In this document: piece after piece, positions 24,880-37,345 of the stretch
Layout of the letters: each line of letters begins with the position of its first letter
Position numbering within the stretch: position 1 is the stretch's first letter
Origin: Rhina ancylostomus
Taxonomy: Eukaryota
Direction: 5' to 3'
DNA length: 64,000 nucleotides
Assembly: GCA_030265395.1 (NCBI GenBank)
Contig: JARFYF010000074.1
Location: 86,768,288 to 86,832,287 of the forward strand
Program-made: the position numbers and the translations under genes
The notes under the pieces: model-generated
The model's input: only the letters and a program-made list of their open reading frames with translations
Told to the model about the DNA's origin: nothing
Database searches by the model: none

Positions 24880-27870
24880 GCAGCAACAGGAAGCTCAGGG
24901 GAGGTCTCCATTGTTTCAGAAAACATGGCTGCTGGGGAGGTCTGCAGGTAAAACTGAAGCGCAGAGCCAAAAGGCCCCCCTCCCTACCTCCTTCCTGGCT
25001 CATGTACAGTCTCTAGAGAACGAAATTGAAGACCTCAGAGCAAGACTGCAGTACCAGAGGGACATCAGGGACTGTTGTGTACTTTGCTTCACAGAGACAT
25101 GGATCAATCCCGGTACTCCAGACACAGTGCTCCAGCCTGAGGGCTTCACTATCCACCGCATGGACCAGATAGCAGCATCAGGTAAAGATGTGGTGGATTT
25201 TGCTTAATAATTAATTCCTTATGGTGCACAGACATGGCGGTTCTGTCTCAGTCCTGCTCCCCTGACCTGGAACATCTGGCGATCAAGTGTCGTCCATTCT
25301 ATCTGCCGAGTGAGTTTTCCACCATCATCCTGGTAGCAGTGTCCATTCCACCTCTGGCATATGTCAAGCTGGCACTGGAGGAGCTGAGCACCATGATCAG
25401 CAGTCATGAGGCAGTGCACCCCAATGCCTTCCCTTCGCTAGGTTGAAGACTCTGACAAACTACCACCAACATGTCACCTGCAGAACCAGTGGAGCCTACA
25501 CACTCGATCACAGTTACACCACCATCAAGAACACACCGTGCCATCCTGCGCCCTCACTTTGGCAAGTCCGATCACCTGGCTGAACTTCTACTCCTGGCAT
25601 ATAGGCAGAGACTGAGGACCACTGCACCCATGGTGAGAACCACGAAGGTATGGTCAAGGGAGGTGGAGGAGCATTTACAGGACTGCTTTGAATCGGGGAA
25701 CTGGACCATATTCAGGGATTTATCTTCAGATCTGAATGAATATGTCGCGGTCTTCACTGACTTCATCAAGACCTGGTGGATGAGTGTGTGCCTTCAAGAA
25801 CATACCAAGTTTCCCCGAATCAGCAGCCCTGGATGAACCAGGAGATTTGCAGTCTGCTAAGGGCTAGATCTGTGGCGTCCAAGACCAGTGATCTAGAACC
25901 CTACAAGAAGTCCAGGTACAACCTACAGAAGGCCATCGTGAGTGCAAAAAGGCAATTCCGTGTGAAGTTAGAAACACAATCGGATGCACGACAGCTGTGG
26001 CAGGGTCTGCATGCCGGTACTTCCAATAAGGCGAAACCTAACAACATAAATGGCAGTGATGCTTCACTCCCTGATGTGCTCAATACCTTTTATGCATGGT
26101 CTGAAAGGGAGAATAACACAAAACCTGTGCAAATCCCTACAGCATCCAACAACCCTGAGATCTCTGCCTTGGAGGCTGACGTCAGAACATCCTTCAAGAG
26201 GGTGAATGCTCGCAAGGTGTCAGGCCCTAATGGTGTACCTGGATGGGTACTGAACATCAGTGCTGACCAAATGGCTGGAATGTTCAAGGACATCTTCAAC
26301 CTCTCACTACTGCAGTCAGAGGTCCCAACCTGCTTCAAAAGGGCAGCAATCATACTGGTACCAAGAAGAGCAGGGTGAGCTGTCTCAACAACCATCGCCT
26401 GGTAGCACTCACATCTACTGTGATGAAGTGCTTTGAGAGTTTGGTCATGGCTAGAATTAACTCCTGCTTGAGCTAAGACCTGGACCCACTGGAGTTTGCC
26501 TACCACCACAACAGGTCGACAGCGGACGCGATCTCACTGGCTCTCCACTCGGCTTGGAGCACCAAAACAAGTGACAGGCTGCTGTTTATTGTTTACAGCT
26601 CGGTGTCCAACACAGTACAAATCACCAAGCTTCAGAACCTGGGCCTCTGTACCTCCCTCTGCAACTGGATCCTTGACTTCCTTATCAGGAGAACACAGTC
26701 AGTGCGGATTGGTAACAACATCTCCTCCTCGCTGACAATCAACACAGATGCACTTGAAGGATACGTGCTTAGCCCACTGTTCTGCTCTCTCTACACTCAC
26801 GACTGTGTGGTGAGGCACAGTTCAAACACCATCTATAAATTCGCTGATGACACCGTTGTTGNNNNNNNNNNNNNNNNNNNNNNNNNNNNNNNNNNNNNNN
26901 NNNNNNNNNNNNNNNNNNNNNNNNNNNNNNNNNNNNNNNNNNNNNNNNNNNNNNNNNNNNNAACACAGGCACACCTCAAGGATGCGTGCTTAGCCCACTG
27001 CTCTACTCTCTCTACACTCATGACTGTGTGGCTAGGCACAGCTCAAACACTATCTATAAATTCACTGATGATGCCACTGTTGTTGATAGAACCTCAGATG
27101 ACGATGAGGAGGCGTACAAGAGTGAGATAGATCAGCTGGTTGAGTGGTGTTGCAACAACAACCTTGCACTTAACATCAACAGGAATTGATTGTGGACTTC
27201 AGGAAGGGGAAGTTGGGAGAACACACATCAATCCTCATTGAGGGGTCAGTGGTGGAAAGAGTCAACAGCTTCAATTTCCTGGGTGTCAACATCTTGGAGG
27301 ATCTATCTTGAGCCCAAAACATTGATGCAATCACAAAGAAGGCATGCCAATGGCTCTACTTCATTAGGAGTGTGATGAGATTTAATATGACACCAAAGAC
27401 AAAGCGAATTTCTACAGATGTACAATGGAGAACATTCTGAATGGTTGCATCACAGCCTGGTACGGAAGCTGCAATGCACAGAATCAAGAGGCTGCAGAGG
27501 GTTGTAGACTCAGCCAACTCCATCACGGGCACAACCCTCCCCGCCACAGAGGACATCTTCAAGAAGCTGTGCCTCAAGAAGGCAGTATCCATCATTAAAG
27601 ACCTTCACCAGCCAGGACATGCCCTCTTCTTGTTACTACCATCAGGGAGGAGGTACAGAAGGCTCACATTCAACATTTTAGGAACACCTTCTTCCCCTCT
27701 ACTATCAGATTTCTGAACGGTACATGAACCCATGAATACTACCTTGCTATTCCTCTTTTGCACTATTTATTTGTTTTTGTAAGATAGTAATTTTTATGTC
27801 TTGCACTGTACTGCTGCCGCAAAGCAACAAATTTCTTGACGTATGTGAGTGACAATAAATCTGATTCTGA
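24880..27870 (+). mobile_element. Near-full-length, inactivated Rex1/Babar LINE (APE endonuclease + RT)
   Basis: Frameshifted pieces read CCVLCFTETW, CSPDLEHLAIKCRPFYLPSEFS, FGKSDH, PWMNQEI, LCNWILDFL, LSPL..SLYTHDCV..HSSNTIYKFADDT and RLQRVV. The 3' tail is gtgacaataaatctgattctga. Multiple stops are present. Confidence 0.92.
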
Positions 27871-30599
27871 GGGTGCCAAACAGTGGTGCACAGGATTTGG
27901 NNNNNNNNNNNNNNNNNNNNNNNNNNNNNNNNNNNNNNNNNNNNNNNNNNNNNNNNNNNNNNNNNNNNNNNNNNNNNNNNNNNNNNNNNNNNNNNNCTGC
28001 TTGATTTTCCAGTCAAAGATCATGTCTTATTCATCCATTGCACTGTCTAATTTACCCCTCAGAGAGTTTAAATAAGGCTGTCATTCCCCTGGGCCAGGTG
28101 CCTTCCAGAACCTAAATTCAAGGAAGTTAGTACAGTGGAGGACAGAAATTCATTGGGAACATCTTACACCTATCTGTCAATTTAACCATTCTTGCCAAGT
28201 AGGTGAGGAGAAGCCTGGAAATGGATTAACGTAGAGCTTATAAATAATGGAATGAAAGTATTATCACTGGTTGTGGGCATTGTACAGAGTGTATCTAACT
28301 GATACATTTTCGAAGATAGCTCACTGAGCTGTTACTGCACTGAAACACATCGTTCTGTTCTGAATTTAGGACTGGAATGGATCCAGTATCGTGACAATGT
28401 TTTGTTTATCCCCATCGGTGATGGATAAAGTCCTTCTCAAAATGCCTAACTGCTGACCACTGAAGCAATATTAAACTACTTGGCCAGCCATTGGCATCAA
28501 TTAGATCCTTATGCATATGAAGTGTGATCCTTCAGGGCTTTGAACAAAACCAGGAACAAAACCTGTAGTGCAAAGAATTATGAAATGCCATTATTATGAA
28601 ACAACAGATAAGGAAGCAATAATTGGTAAATTTCTACTGAGTGCTGGGCAGCCTCAGTGACACGATAAGTAGACTGTGTTAATGGTAGTCTACATTTACA
28701 ATATCCTTGAAGCACTGAACAATTGTTTTCTTATTAAATGTCCTTCATCTTAGTGCTCCCATTTCCCACTGTTTTGCTTTTTATAGTATTTTGGGGTTAA
28801 TTTTTCTTGACAGATTGAAATATATTTAATGAGAATTAAACAGCTCCCTTCTGCCATCATCTAAGCCTCAATTTTCCAAACCAATAAGCCCCCTTATTTC
28901 TTTATTTGTCCGGGCAGCTCAGAGGAATTCCTCCCAATGGAGACCCAATCCCTGATTTTCCAAAACAGGCTGAAGGCTCATCCTATTTTCTTTGATTCTT
29001 CCTGGAGACTGTGCAATTTATTGAGAATATGGGTGGATGGTGAAGGGTTCAGGGCAGTGGAGGAAAATGGCAGTATTGCCACATGAAGATTGCACCATGT
29101 CTAAATGCCACAACCTGGTGGAGTGCTTGTTTTTTCCTGTCCTTTTCATGGGTTTGTAGTGAATTGCACAACACCTGGAATGCTGTGCCACTCTAAACAT
29201 ACCTACATGACCAGTGCTGGCAGATAAAAAGCCAAACAAGTAGCAGAGTAAGATCTTTTTGAGTCTTTCTGTAAGTGCAGGCCAATCTCATTCCCTTTGG
29301 TGTGAACTCATTTGATGAAAGGGATTTTGTTAACAAGGTTGTTTTTGACTGCGGCATGTTACCATGGCCAGAAGCAGCAAACATCAAGTCCCAAGTTCAC
29401 AGAAAGTTATGATGGTCACCTGTAATTAAAATAAACTTAGAAAATGCATCCTTCAGAGCACAGTCAATCTGAAGAATGAGTAAATTCATCCCTAGCCTTT
29501 AAGCAGTGGATATTTGTATTTCTGGTTTAAAATCCTAAATACTCAGAGCTAGCCTGAAGGCAACTATTGATGTGACTTCATGACATGGCAGTGAGGGAGT
29601 GCCAGATGGGAGGGTTGACCATGGCAAGAGGGGAAAAGGGAAAGGTGGCAAATGAGCAGGGCAGAGAGAGGTTATCAGCAACAGAAGATGGCTGGAGGCT
29701 TGTTCCTTGTGGCAAAGACACTTACCCGGTGGAGCAGGCAGCTCCTCGCCCCCTTTCATTGCTGGTTTCTCGACTAGCCAGAAACCCACACAGCAACAGG
29801 GAGTTCTAAACCAGACTCCCAGATGCACTGTGGTACCGTGACTCCAATATGTTAATGGCGGCTCCTGCCTCTCCCCATTGAAACACTCAAACACTGTGTT
29901 GCTGTAGAAAGACTGTAGTTCACACATTGCAGGGAAGGTTCATGTTTTCAGCATTTGTCATATTACTCTCTTCAACCTTCCTTCTGGCTGGGGTGTGAAG
30001 GAGAGAAGTTAATATCCAGGCTATTGCAAGTGTGCTTGTCCTTTGCTATCCGGGTCCAAAACTAAGCCCACTGCCTTCTTCTCTTCTCTTTCAATTGGCA
30101 TGTGTCTTCCACTATTTCACATACAGATTCAATTTTGTCCTGGGTGACGTAATGGCCCTAGCTCAACACCTCTCTGCAAGCAAGCATTTCACGTTCCAAC
30201 GAAGTATTTCTTTCCATTTTCTTAATAATAATTTAAGTGCATCCTCACTCATTTCTAAACAAGTGAAGGATTAGAGTGGATTTTAACATGAAGCACAAGG
30301 TGGATGAAAGGATGCAGGGACACGCTAAGAGTTGACTGGTGTCTAAAGGAAGATCCAAACTGTGACCTAAAGTTGGCTTGAAACTTCCTTTTACCCACAC
30401 AGGGCAGCGCCTTTTGCCAGGAAACCAAGTCACGCACTAAAGAACAGACACCTGATATCACAGGTCTCCAGCACCTTTTCCTGTCTTTATTAAGTGGCAT
30501 ACATAGAGAAAATGAACAGTACAGTCAGCCTTGTAGGTGTTGGAAGCTGAGAAAGACTTAGCTCTAGAAAAAAATACAGCTTGTCACAGTACTAGTGGG

Positions 30600-30790
30600 C
30601 ATGAAACCAGCTATTGCCCAAACCCATTTGGTTCATTAATGTCCTTCAAGGAAGAGAGATTACCCTCCTGCTCTGGCCTAATTGTGGCATCAGACCCAAC
30701 AATGCATTAAAGTCTTAACTCCTCATTTCAAGGTCATATAGTGACAATGATGCCAGCAAGTCTTTGTATTGTAAATGGATAACTGTATTA
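30600..30790 (+). mobile_element. Degenerate SINE/LINE-tail repeat (related copies near 21910-22070 and 22320-22420)
   Basis: Shared motif ggttcattaatgtccttcaaggaag...tctggcct...cagacccaacaatg, compared with tgtccttcaaggaaagaatc at 22331. Confidence 0.45.
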
Positions 30791-33700
30791 AAAAAAATTA
30801 TGGGTGCAGGTTACAGAAACAGGGAGTGGAGCTTAGGATAGGAAGTCAAGTGGTTTCCACGTGTGCTTTGGAGCTTGTCTTGTATATACTTCCTGCATTC
30901 CCCTGGGTGTTGGCTTAGTTGATGAGCTTGCTAGAGAGGACAATAGAGCAAGAAGATCTAAACCACAACATTGGGGTAGGGGGATGATCCTGGAGGGCGA
31001 TTTGATCTTGGGGTACAGTCCAAACTTGGGGAGAGGGTGGTAGGTCCCCGATCCTTGAGAAGGATTAGTGGCAGTTTGGTAGGAGTGTGTGATGGGGACA
31101 GCTTAGAAGTCTGAGAGAATTATGAATCCTGCAGAGCTAACCGCCATCAATCTGAAGCTGTCCTCACCTCCCTTCAGCTGCTGGGAAACTCAATTGGCCA
31201 GCATTAGCTACAAAGCAGGTTAAATCAGAGGCTACAGTCTTAATAAGATATTTAAACTGACATTCTGCCTCCTGGATCTGAGCTAACTTCCTGCCTTTTG
31301 CCCTGCCTCTGTCAAACCCAGTGGTGGGTACATTGGAAGTGCTTTGAGGTGAGGTCTCAGATGTTTAATATTTCATCATCTGAACTGATACTTAATGTTG
31401 TGTGTTAAAGTTCAATTCATAAGCTCTCTGTTATTCATTGGCTGCACAGTGGAACCAACGGATACTCTGAAGGAAGACGTGGGGAGTTCTTTTTTCCCAG
31501 GGTGATTTGTTTCTTTCAATCAAGTGATATATCACCTGTCAAATTACAGGACAGACAAAGTAGCTGTTTAATTCATGTCCTGTGTCTTCCTGACTCTAGA
31601 AGATATTCATAAATCATCAATAGCCCCCAGTAATAATGATTGCATGGGATTACGTAATAGCACAGGAAAGGGCCATTTGGCCCAAACTGCCCATGCCAGC
31701 AATTGTACTCCTCTTGAGTCTCCTCCCATCTTTTCTGATCTAAATATATCTGTATAGCCCTTGATTCCCTTCTGTTGCATATGCTTGCCTAGCCTCCACA
31801 TAGAAGTATCAATATTATGTAGCTTCAACTTGTGGTAGCATGTTCCACATTCTCAGCACTCCTTGATTAAAGTTTCTTTTGAATTCATGTGGATGAAAAG
31901 TAACATTGATGTGGCTTTCAGTGCTACATCAGAAACTGAGACATCCATTTTGTAACCAGCTAGAGTTTCAATTCCTTGTGTTCACACAGGTTGTAAAGCG
32001 GCTTGATTTAAACCAACATTAAGAACCAAGCCACATCAAAAAACTGAAGTACTTTAATCTGCAATGTATTGAACAAAGAATCTTTTACCTGCAGCATTTC
32101 AAAAGTAAGAAGGCAGAGCATGATTTAACTGGATGTTAAATTTAACTGTGTAATTGCAGTTTGTAAAAATATAAGCAAAATAACTTCTGGAGTCCGAAAA
32201 GAAAAATCAGAAACAGATCAAAGAGGAGCTGGTTGGCTCCCACTAACTCTGAACAGATGTATGTAACTTAACATCCTACTGAGATTTTGTTCAAACATGT
32301 TATTTAAATCACAGTCCACTGAAGCTAATCCTCTGTAAAGTTCACACAACAGCTTTAAAATGAAGTAAACCTCAGAGCTGCTGTAGGTTGCCCTAATGAG
32401 AACTCGTCAGTACAAGCTGTCTGTGGCAGAGGAATGCAATGTTTGTCAAAGCTGTCATAGGCAAATTTTCTTGCTTGAGTCAACTGAACTGATGGCTAAT
32501 ATCTGCTCAGCCTGCTTTGGAGATTTATTAACTTGTGCTTAGAGCTCAGAAGAGCATCATCAGACCCACTGGTCCATGCTGGTGTTTTACTCCATCTAAG
32601 TCTCACTCCCTCCTTCGTCTTAGTCTATCCCCTCTTCCCTCATGTGTTTATCTAAGTTCATCTTACGTACAAGAATATTTCTTAACACACATGTCCTGGT
32701 GACAAATGAACATTGTTTCAGTGTTTGTTCTGCTGAGTTGTGCTTGCAAGTGACATGTTGATAGGTTTTCATTAGCAGACCAAGAGTTCACTGAAGCAAT
32801 TTGTTTTACTGTCCTGTTCTTCCTTCCGTTCCAAACCACAACACCAGAGGAAACTTGCATCTCATCAGCTCAGACACTTGGAGCAAAGGGTTCCAAACAA
32901 TTGGTGCTCGTAGATATTAGCTTTTCAGCTGTTTGCTAAATTGGAAAATTGGTGTCCATGCATACTACTAATGTATTTTACTGACCTCACATTCGAGCTG
33001 CATGAGATCCCTGTGTGTCAGATGCTATAGGCTGCTGTGGCAGTACTGATCGATGTTAGAATCAAGACACATTACATGATGTTTGCAGAGGTTGCCAAAG
33101 ATCTCTTCAGTTATAGGCCCACCACTGCTGCCTCCAATAGCTCCTGATGCCCAAGGTTTTACCCACTGTTGATCCTATGTTTGCCTTCATTTGGTGTGGA
33201 CCATTGCGGGCTGAAGAGCCTGTTCCTGTGCTGTTCTGTTCCATGTGCTATGGACCACACAAAGTAAGTCGAGCAATCCAGGATAAAAGTTGGGTCGGTG
33301 TAGAGAGAGCCAGTGAAGGCCATCTTGGAATCCTGAGGGGTGGTCCCATTCAGCAATCAGTGGCTGGGGACTGGGGTGGTGCTCAAAATGTGGGAGGAAG
33401 TAGAATTCCCCAGAGGAGGGAGAAACCAGAGGATGGTAACCAAGAAGGGGTGTCAGGGTGGGGTAATCAGAGGATGGATAGCAGTGGGGAGAAAAGGAGT
33501 GATCAGGGGATGAGGAGGGTGGAGAAAATCAGAAGATGGGGTCCAGAATGGGGTTGTGAATAGAGGATGAGAGGAAGTGGGATGGAGCAGTCAAAGAATG
33601 AGATAGGAGCCTTCAATGAGAGCACCTAAGGGTTGAGATGGAAGTTGGGGGTTTGGGTAGATTTAGCTCTAGGGTCAGGGCTTGGGCTGCTTGGTTAGTT

Positions 33701-35469
33701 TTAAGTGGTGATTGGGGATATTGGTACTAGGGTTTGAGGGATAATAGGCACCCAAGGAATGAGAAGTACATTGCACCCTGTGTTACAGAGGGATTGCGTT
33801 CCTAGAAAACTGTCCATATCATGTTTTACCATAACACAAACCATTTTTTCCATGTTATAAGTGGAGATGGGAAGATTGCCTCTCAATGGCAATGCCCCTG
33901 TGGGTGAGTCATCTAAAGGCAAGGGAATTCTGATTGTATTGTAGGCAGATGAGAAAAGGTTGTTGCTTTAATTAACTAGAAATGGATGTTACATTGTTTG
34001 GTAAGGCATCATTGTACAAGTATCAATAGAAGAGAGTGCCTTGTCAGTTTCCATAGCAAATCTCTCAAGTGGCCTCCCACTGTGAACTGGCAGCCTGCAA
34101 TTGTTGTCCTTGGTTCTCTGTATGCATCTTATGTTTATTATTACATAAATTCTGTCAGAGAAAATTTTTATTCGGCATCTAAAATTTTTGGTAGTGGTTT
34201 GTGAATTCAGTAACGGTGAATTTACACTGTCTGAACTGCCATAATGTGGGGACACACTGTGTAAGCTTACCCTGGGGGTTTCCATTCCAACACTCTGCAA
34301 TGAAAACAATGTTGTCCTGGGAATATTCATGAGGGGATAATGTTACTGATCAAGTTAGGCTCACGAGCATGACCCATGCCAGGAACTCCATGGTCAAATT
34401 CTCCTAATGATGCAAAATTACTGGAAATTGTTGTTATGGTGTTTCTGTCCAGAATGCGATTTCAACCACATGGTGCTGGAGTGAGCAAGACCATGTGAAT
34501 GAGCGTGCAAACTTCCAGCTGGTACCAGAGGTGCAGTCTCCGCTCCCTCTCCCCTGGCATGAGCCCAGCCACAGCCGGCTCACACTCTCTAAGCAGCACG
34601 CCAATGTAAGGCAGCTTGATTTCATCAGAGCGCAGCTGTTCAAGGACAATCAGCATTTTGTCAGACAGGACAGTGAACTTCCCACAGGCAGCACCTTGAT
34701 AATTTGAAGTGTAGTAATCATTTTTTGACAGCGTTATTTGAAGGGAAAGGCAAGCAGGAAGCGTAACTCTTCAGACACCTCCTGAGCCTTGCCTTACCAC
34801 ACAGTCCCACACACATCGGAGATCATCGTTCCCTGGTGCACGGTGCAATATTTAGAGACCCCTCCCCCAATCCCCCACCCCATTGCCTCACCTCCACCTC
34901 ACCGAAGAAGATATGTCTGATATAGTGCTTACTGCTGTAGAAATGGATGATGACAGCAGCTATGAGGGTGCATCTTGAGTGCAGGCACCCATTCCCCTTG
35001 GGCACACAAAAAAGCAAAGAAGCTTATACTTTGCATTGCTTGCATTGAAAATATGTTACATATGATTTTTATTTACAGTTACATGGAAGTATTAGTAAAT
35101 AGTACATTGTTATTTTTCCTCAGAATATAAAAAGGAATAAACAGTCACTTCTGTTCCAAAACTTACTGTAAAACTGGTACAGATTACTTTGTTTAACTAT
35201 GGCCTTATGTGGAGTTCACTCTGTAAACCTGTCTTCACACCAATCCCTTCTCCCACAGCCTCCAAACTACAGAACCAGGGTGTCAGCAGGTCAGCTGCTC
35301 TTCTCCTTGGAAGATTCCAATGAAGGAAATTACGTGAGCTGTCAGCGATTGCATCAGCTGTCACACGTCCAAAGGGTGTAAAAATTAGAGAGAGCTGATT
35401 CCCAGAAACTGTCTCCGGCATGATAATTCAATATAATAGATTTCATCTGGAATCATTAAATAACATGCC

Positions 35470-36850
35470 AAAGAAAGCTATTCAGGCAATCATGCTTGTA
35501 CCTGTTGCTGGGACAGACTCCTCAATTAGTCCCATATCCCTGTTCTTTCCCCCTTCAAGATCCCCCATTGAGATTATGATTAGGTCGTATCCAGCCACCC
35601 TTTTTTAGTGGTACATTCCAGCACAAAACAACTCGCACACTAATTCTCTTTCTCTCATGTCTCCTCCGGTTCTTTCACTAATTAGTTTATATCTGTGTCC
35701 TTTAGTATTTTGCAACAAAAAAGATTGCTACTTATGAAATTTATTGAAACTATTCTTGATTTTAAAAACTGATCAAATTTTCTATTAACTGGAGAACATC
35801 TCTAGCCTTTCCAGCCTCTCCATATATCTTGGAAGTCTTTCATACCTTGTCACATCTTAGTAAATTTTCCCCTGCACCCTCTCCAAGGGGTTGGCACCCC
35901 TGCTACATCACCATGCCAGAACTGCTCACTGTGTGCCCATGGCCTCACCAGTGGTCTAGAAAGGTTCAGTTTTGCCCCATTTTTAAAGCCATCTTTATAA
36001 ATACGCCAGTTTATATCAAAGTTGCTCATTCTTTCCCACAAAATGATCATTTCACACTTTTTAGTTTTAAATTTTCTCTGCCATTTACCACTGGTCCATC
36101 CAAAGCTTCTGTAATGATTTTCCTCAAAGTTTGTTACATTTCCCTAATCCATATCATCAGCAAACTGACCTATGTATCCAAATGTAGGTTATTTAATATA
36201 AATTATAAAGAACTGCACTGCCAATACCCTGGGGAAAATGCTTCAATCTATAAATGACCCCTTNNNNNNNNNNNNNNNNNNNNNNNNNNNNNNNNNNNNN
36301 NNNNNNNNNNNNNNNNNNNNNNNNNNNNNNNNNNNNNNNNNNNNNNNNNNNNNNNNNNNNNNNCTATAATTCTCCCATTTCTATTCCTTAGCCAATTTTT
36401 CTTCCAGGTAACTTCTGGCTCTTTCTTCCCCTGGTTTTAGTTAGCCAATGAATCTAGAGGGCAGGCACGGTAGTGTAGCAGTTAGCATAACACTATTACA
36501 CTGCCAGTGACCCAGGTTCAATTCCGGCCACTGTCTGTAGGGAGTTTGTATGTTCTCCCTGTGTGTCTGCGTGGGTTTCACCTGGGTGCTCCGGTTTCCT
36601 CCCACATTCCAAAGGCGTACGGGTTAGGAAGTTGTGGGCATGCTATGTTGGCACTGGAAGCGTGGCAACACTAGCGGGCTGCCCCCAGAACACTCTACGC
36701 AAAAGATGTATTTCACTGTGTGTTCCGATGTACATGTGACTAATAAAGATATCTTATCTTATTTATATTGTATGGTATTTCACCAAAGGACTTCTGAAAA
36801 TCCATTTACATAATATCAAGAACACAATTCTCAAGATCCCCTTTGCTCAC
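35470..36850 (-). mobile_element. Old CR1 LINE fragment (host of a V-SINE)
   Basis: The reverse strand shows ..LVRPWAHSEQFW (decayed LVRPHLEYCVQFW), FADD (atcatcagcaaa) and DFQKSF (aaggacttctgaaaatcc). Confidence 0.65.
36459..36760 (+). mobile_element. Complete tRNA-derived V-SINE with Rex1-like tail
   Basis: A box ggtagtgtagcagttag, B box ggttcaattcc, V domain gagtttgtatgttctccc..gtctgcgtgggttt..gggtgctccggtttcctcccacattccaaag, and tail tttcactgtgtgttccgatgtacatgtgactaataaagat(atctt)2. Confidence 0.92.
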
Positions 36851-37075
36851 TTTATCAGAAAAGAGTTACAGAGAAATGTGTGCCAACCACCTTCTCAAAA
36901 ACATAGATATATGTTGCTAACTATTTTATAATTGCTTGATCAATCTGTTTGTCACCAATTGCCACTTTAGTAGTGTCTTCCACATTCCAACAGTGATGAC
37001 ACTAAAACTAATTCATTAGCTGTAAAGACTTTTCCGTGTCATTCTGTGTCGTGAAGGGTCTTAAGTAAGTATAAG

Positions 37076-37345
37076 TCACGGTAGTGTAGTGGTTAGCAAA
37101 ACACTTTACAACACCAGTGACCCAGGTTCAATTCCAGTCACTGTCTTTAAGGAGTTTGTACGTTCTCCCCGTGTCTGCATGGGTTTACTCAGGGTGGTCC
37201 GGTTTCCTCCCACATTCCAAAGATGCACGGGTTAGGAAGTTGTGGGCATGCTACGTTAGCGCTGGAAGTATGGCGACAGTCACGGGCTGCCCCCAGAACA
37301 CTCCACGCAAAGGATGTATTTCACTGTGTGTTTCTTACCTTATTT
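37076..37345 (+). mobile_element. Second copy of the same V-SINE, 3' tail shortened
   Basis: Colinear with 36467-36725. Confidence 0.9.

Noticed and set aside
24878-27716. Functional reverse transcriptase gene
   Set aside because: Multiple stops and frameshifts mark it as a dead Rex1 copy.
29535-29927. 130-aa minus-strand ORF
   Set aside because: No recognisable domain or convincing splice context; probably chance or an unrecognised repeat remnant.
33147-33563. 138-aa ORF in G-rich sequence
   Set aside because: A purine/G-rich low-complexity tract with no homology signal.
36459-36530. tRNA gene (A and B boxes)
   Set aside because: It is the tRNA-derived head of a SINE, followed directly by the V domain, and is present in several diverged copies.
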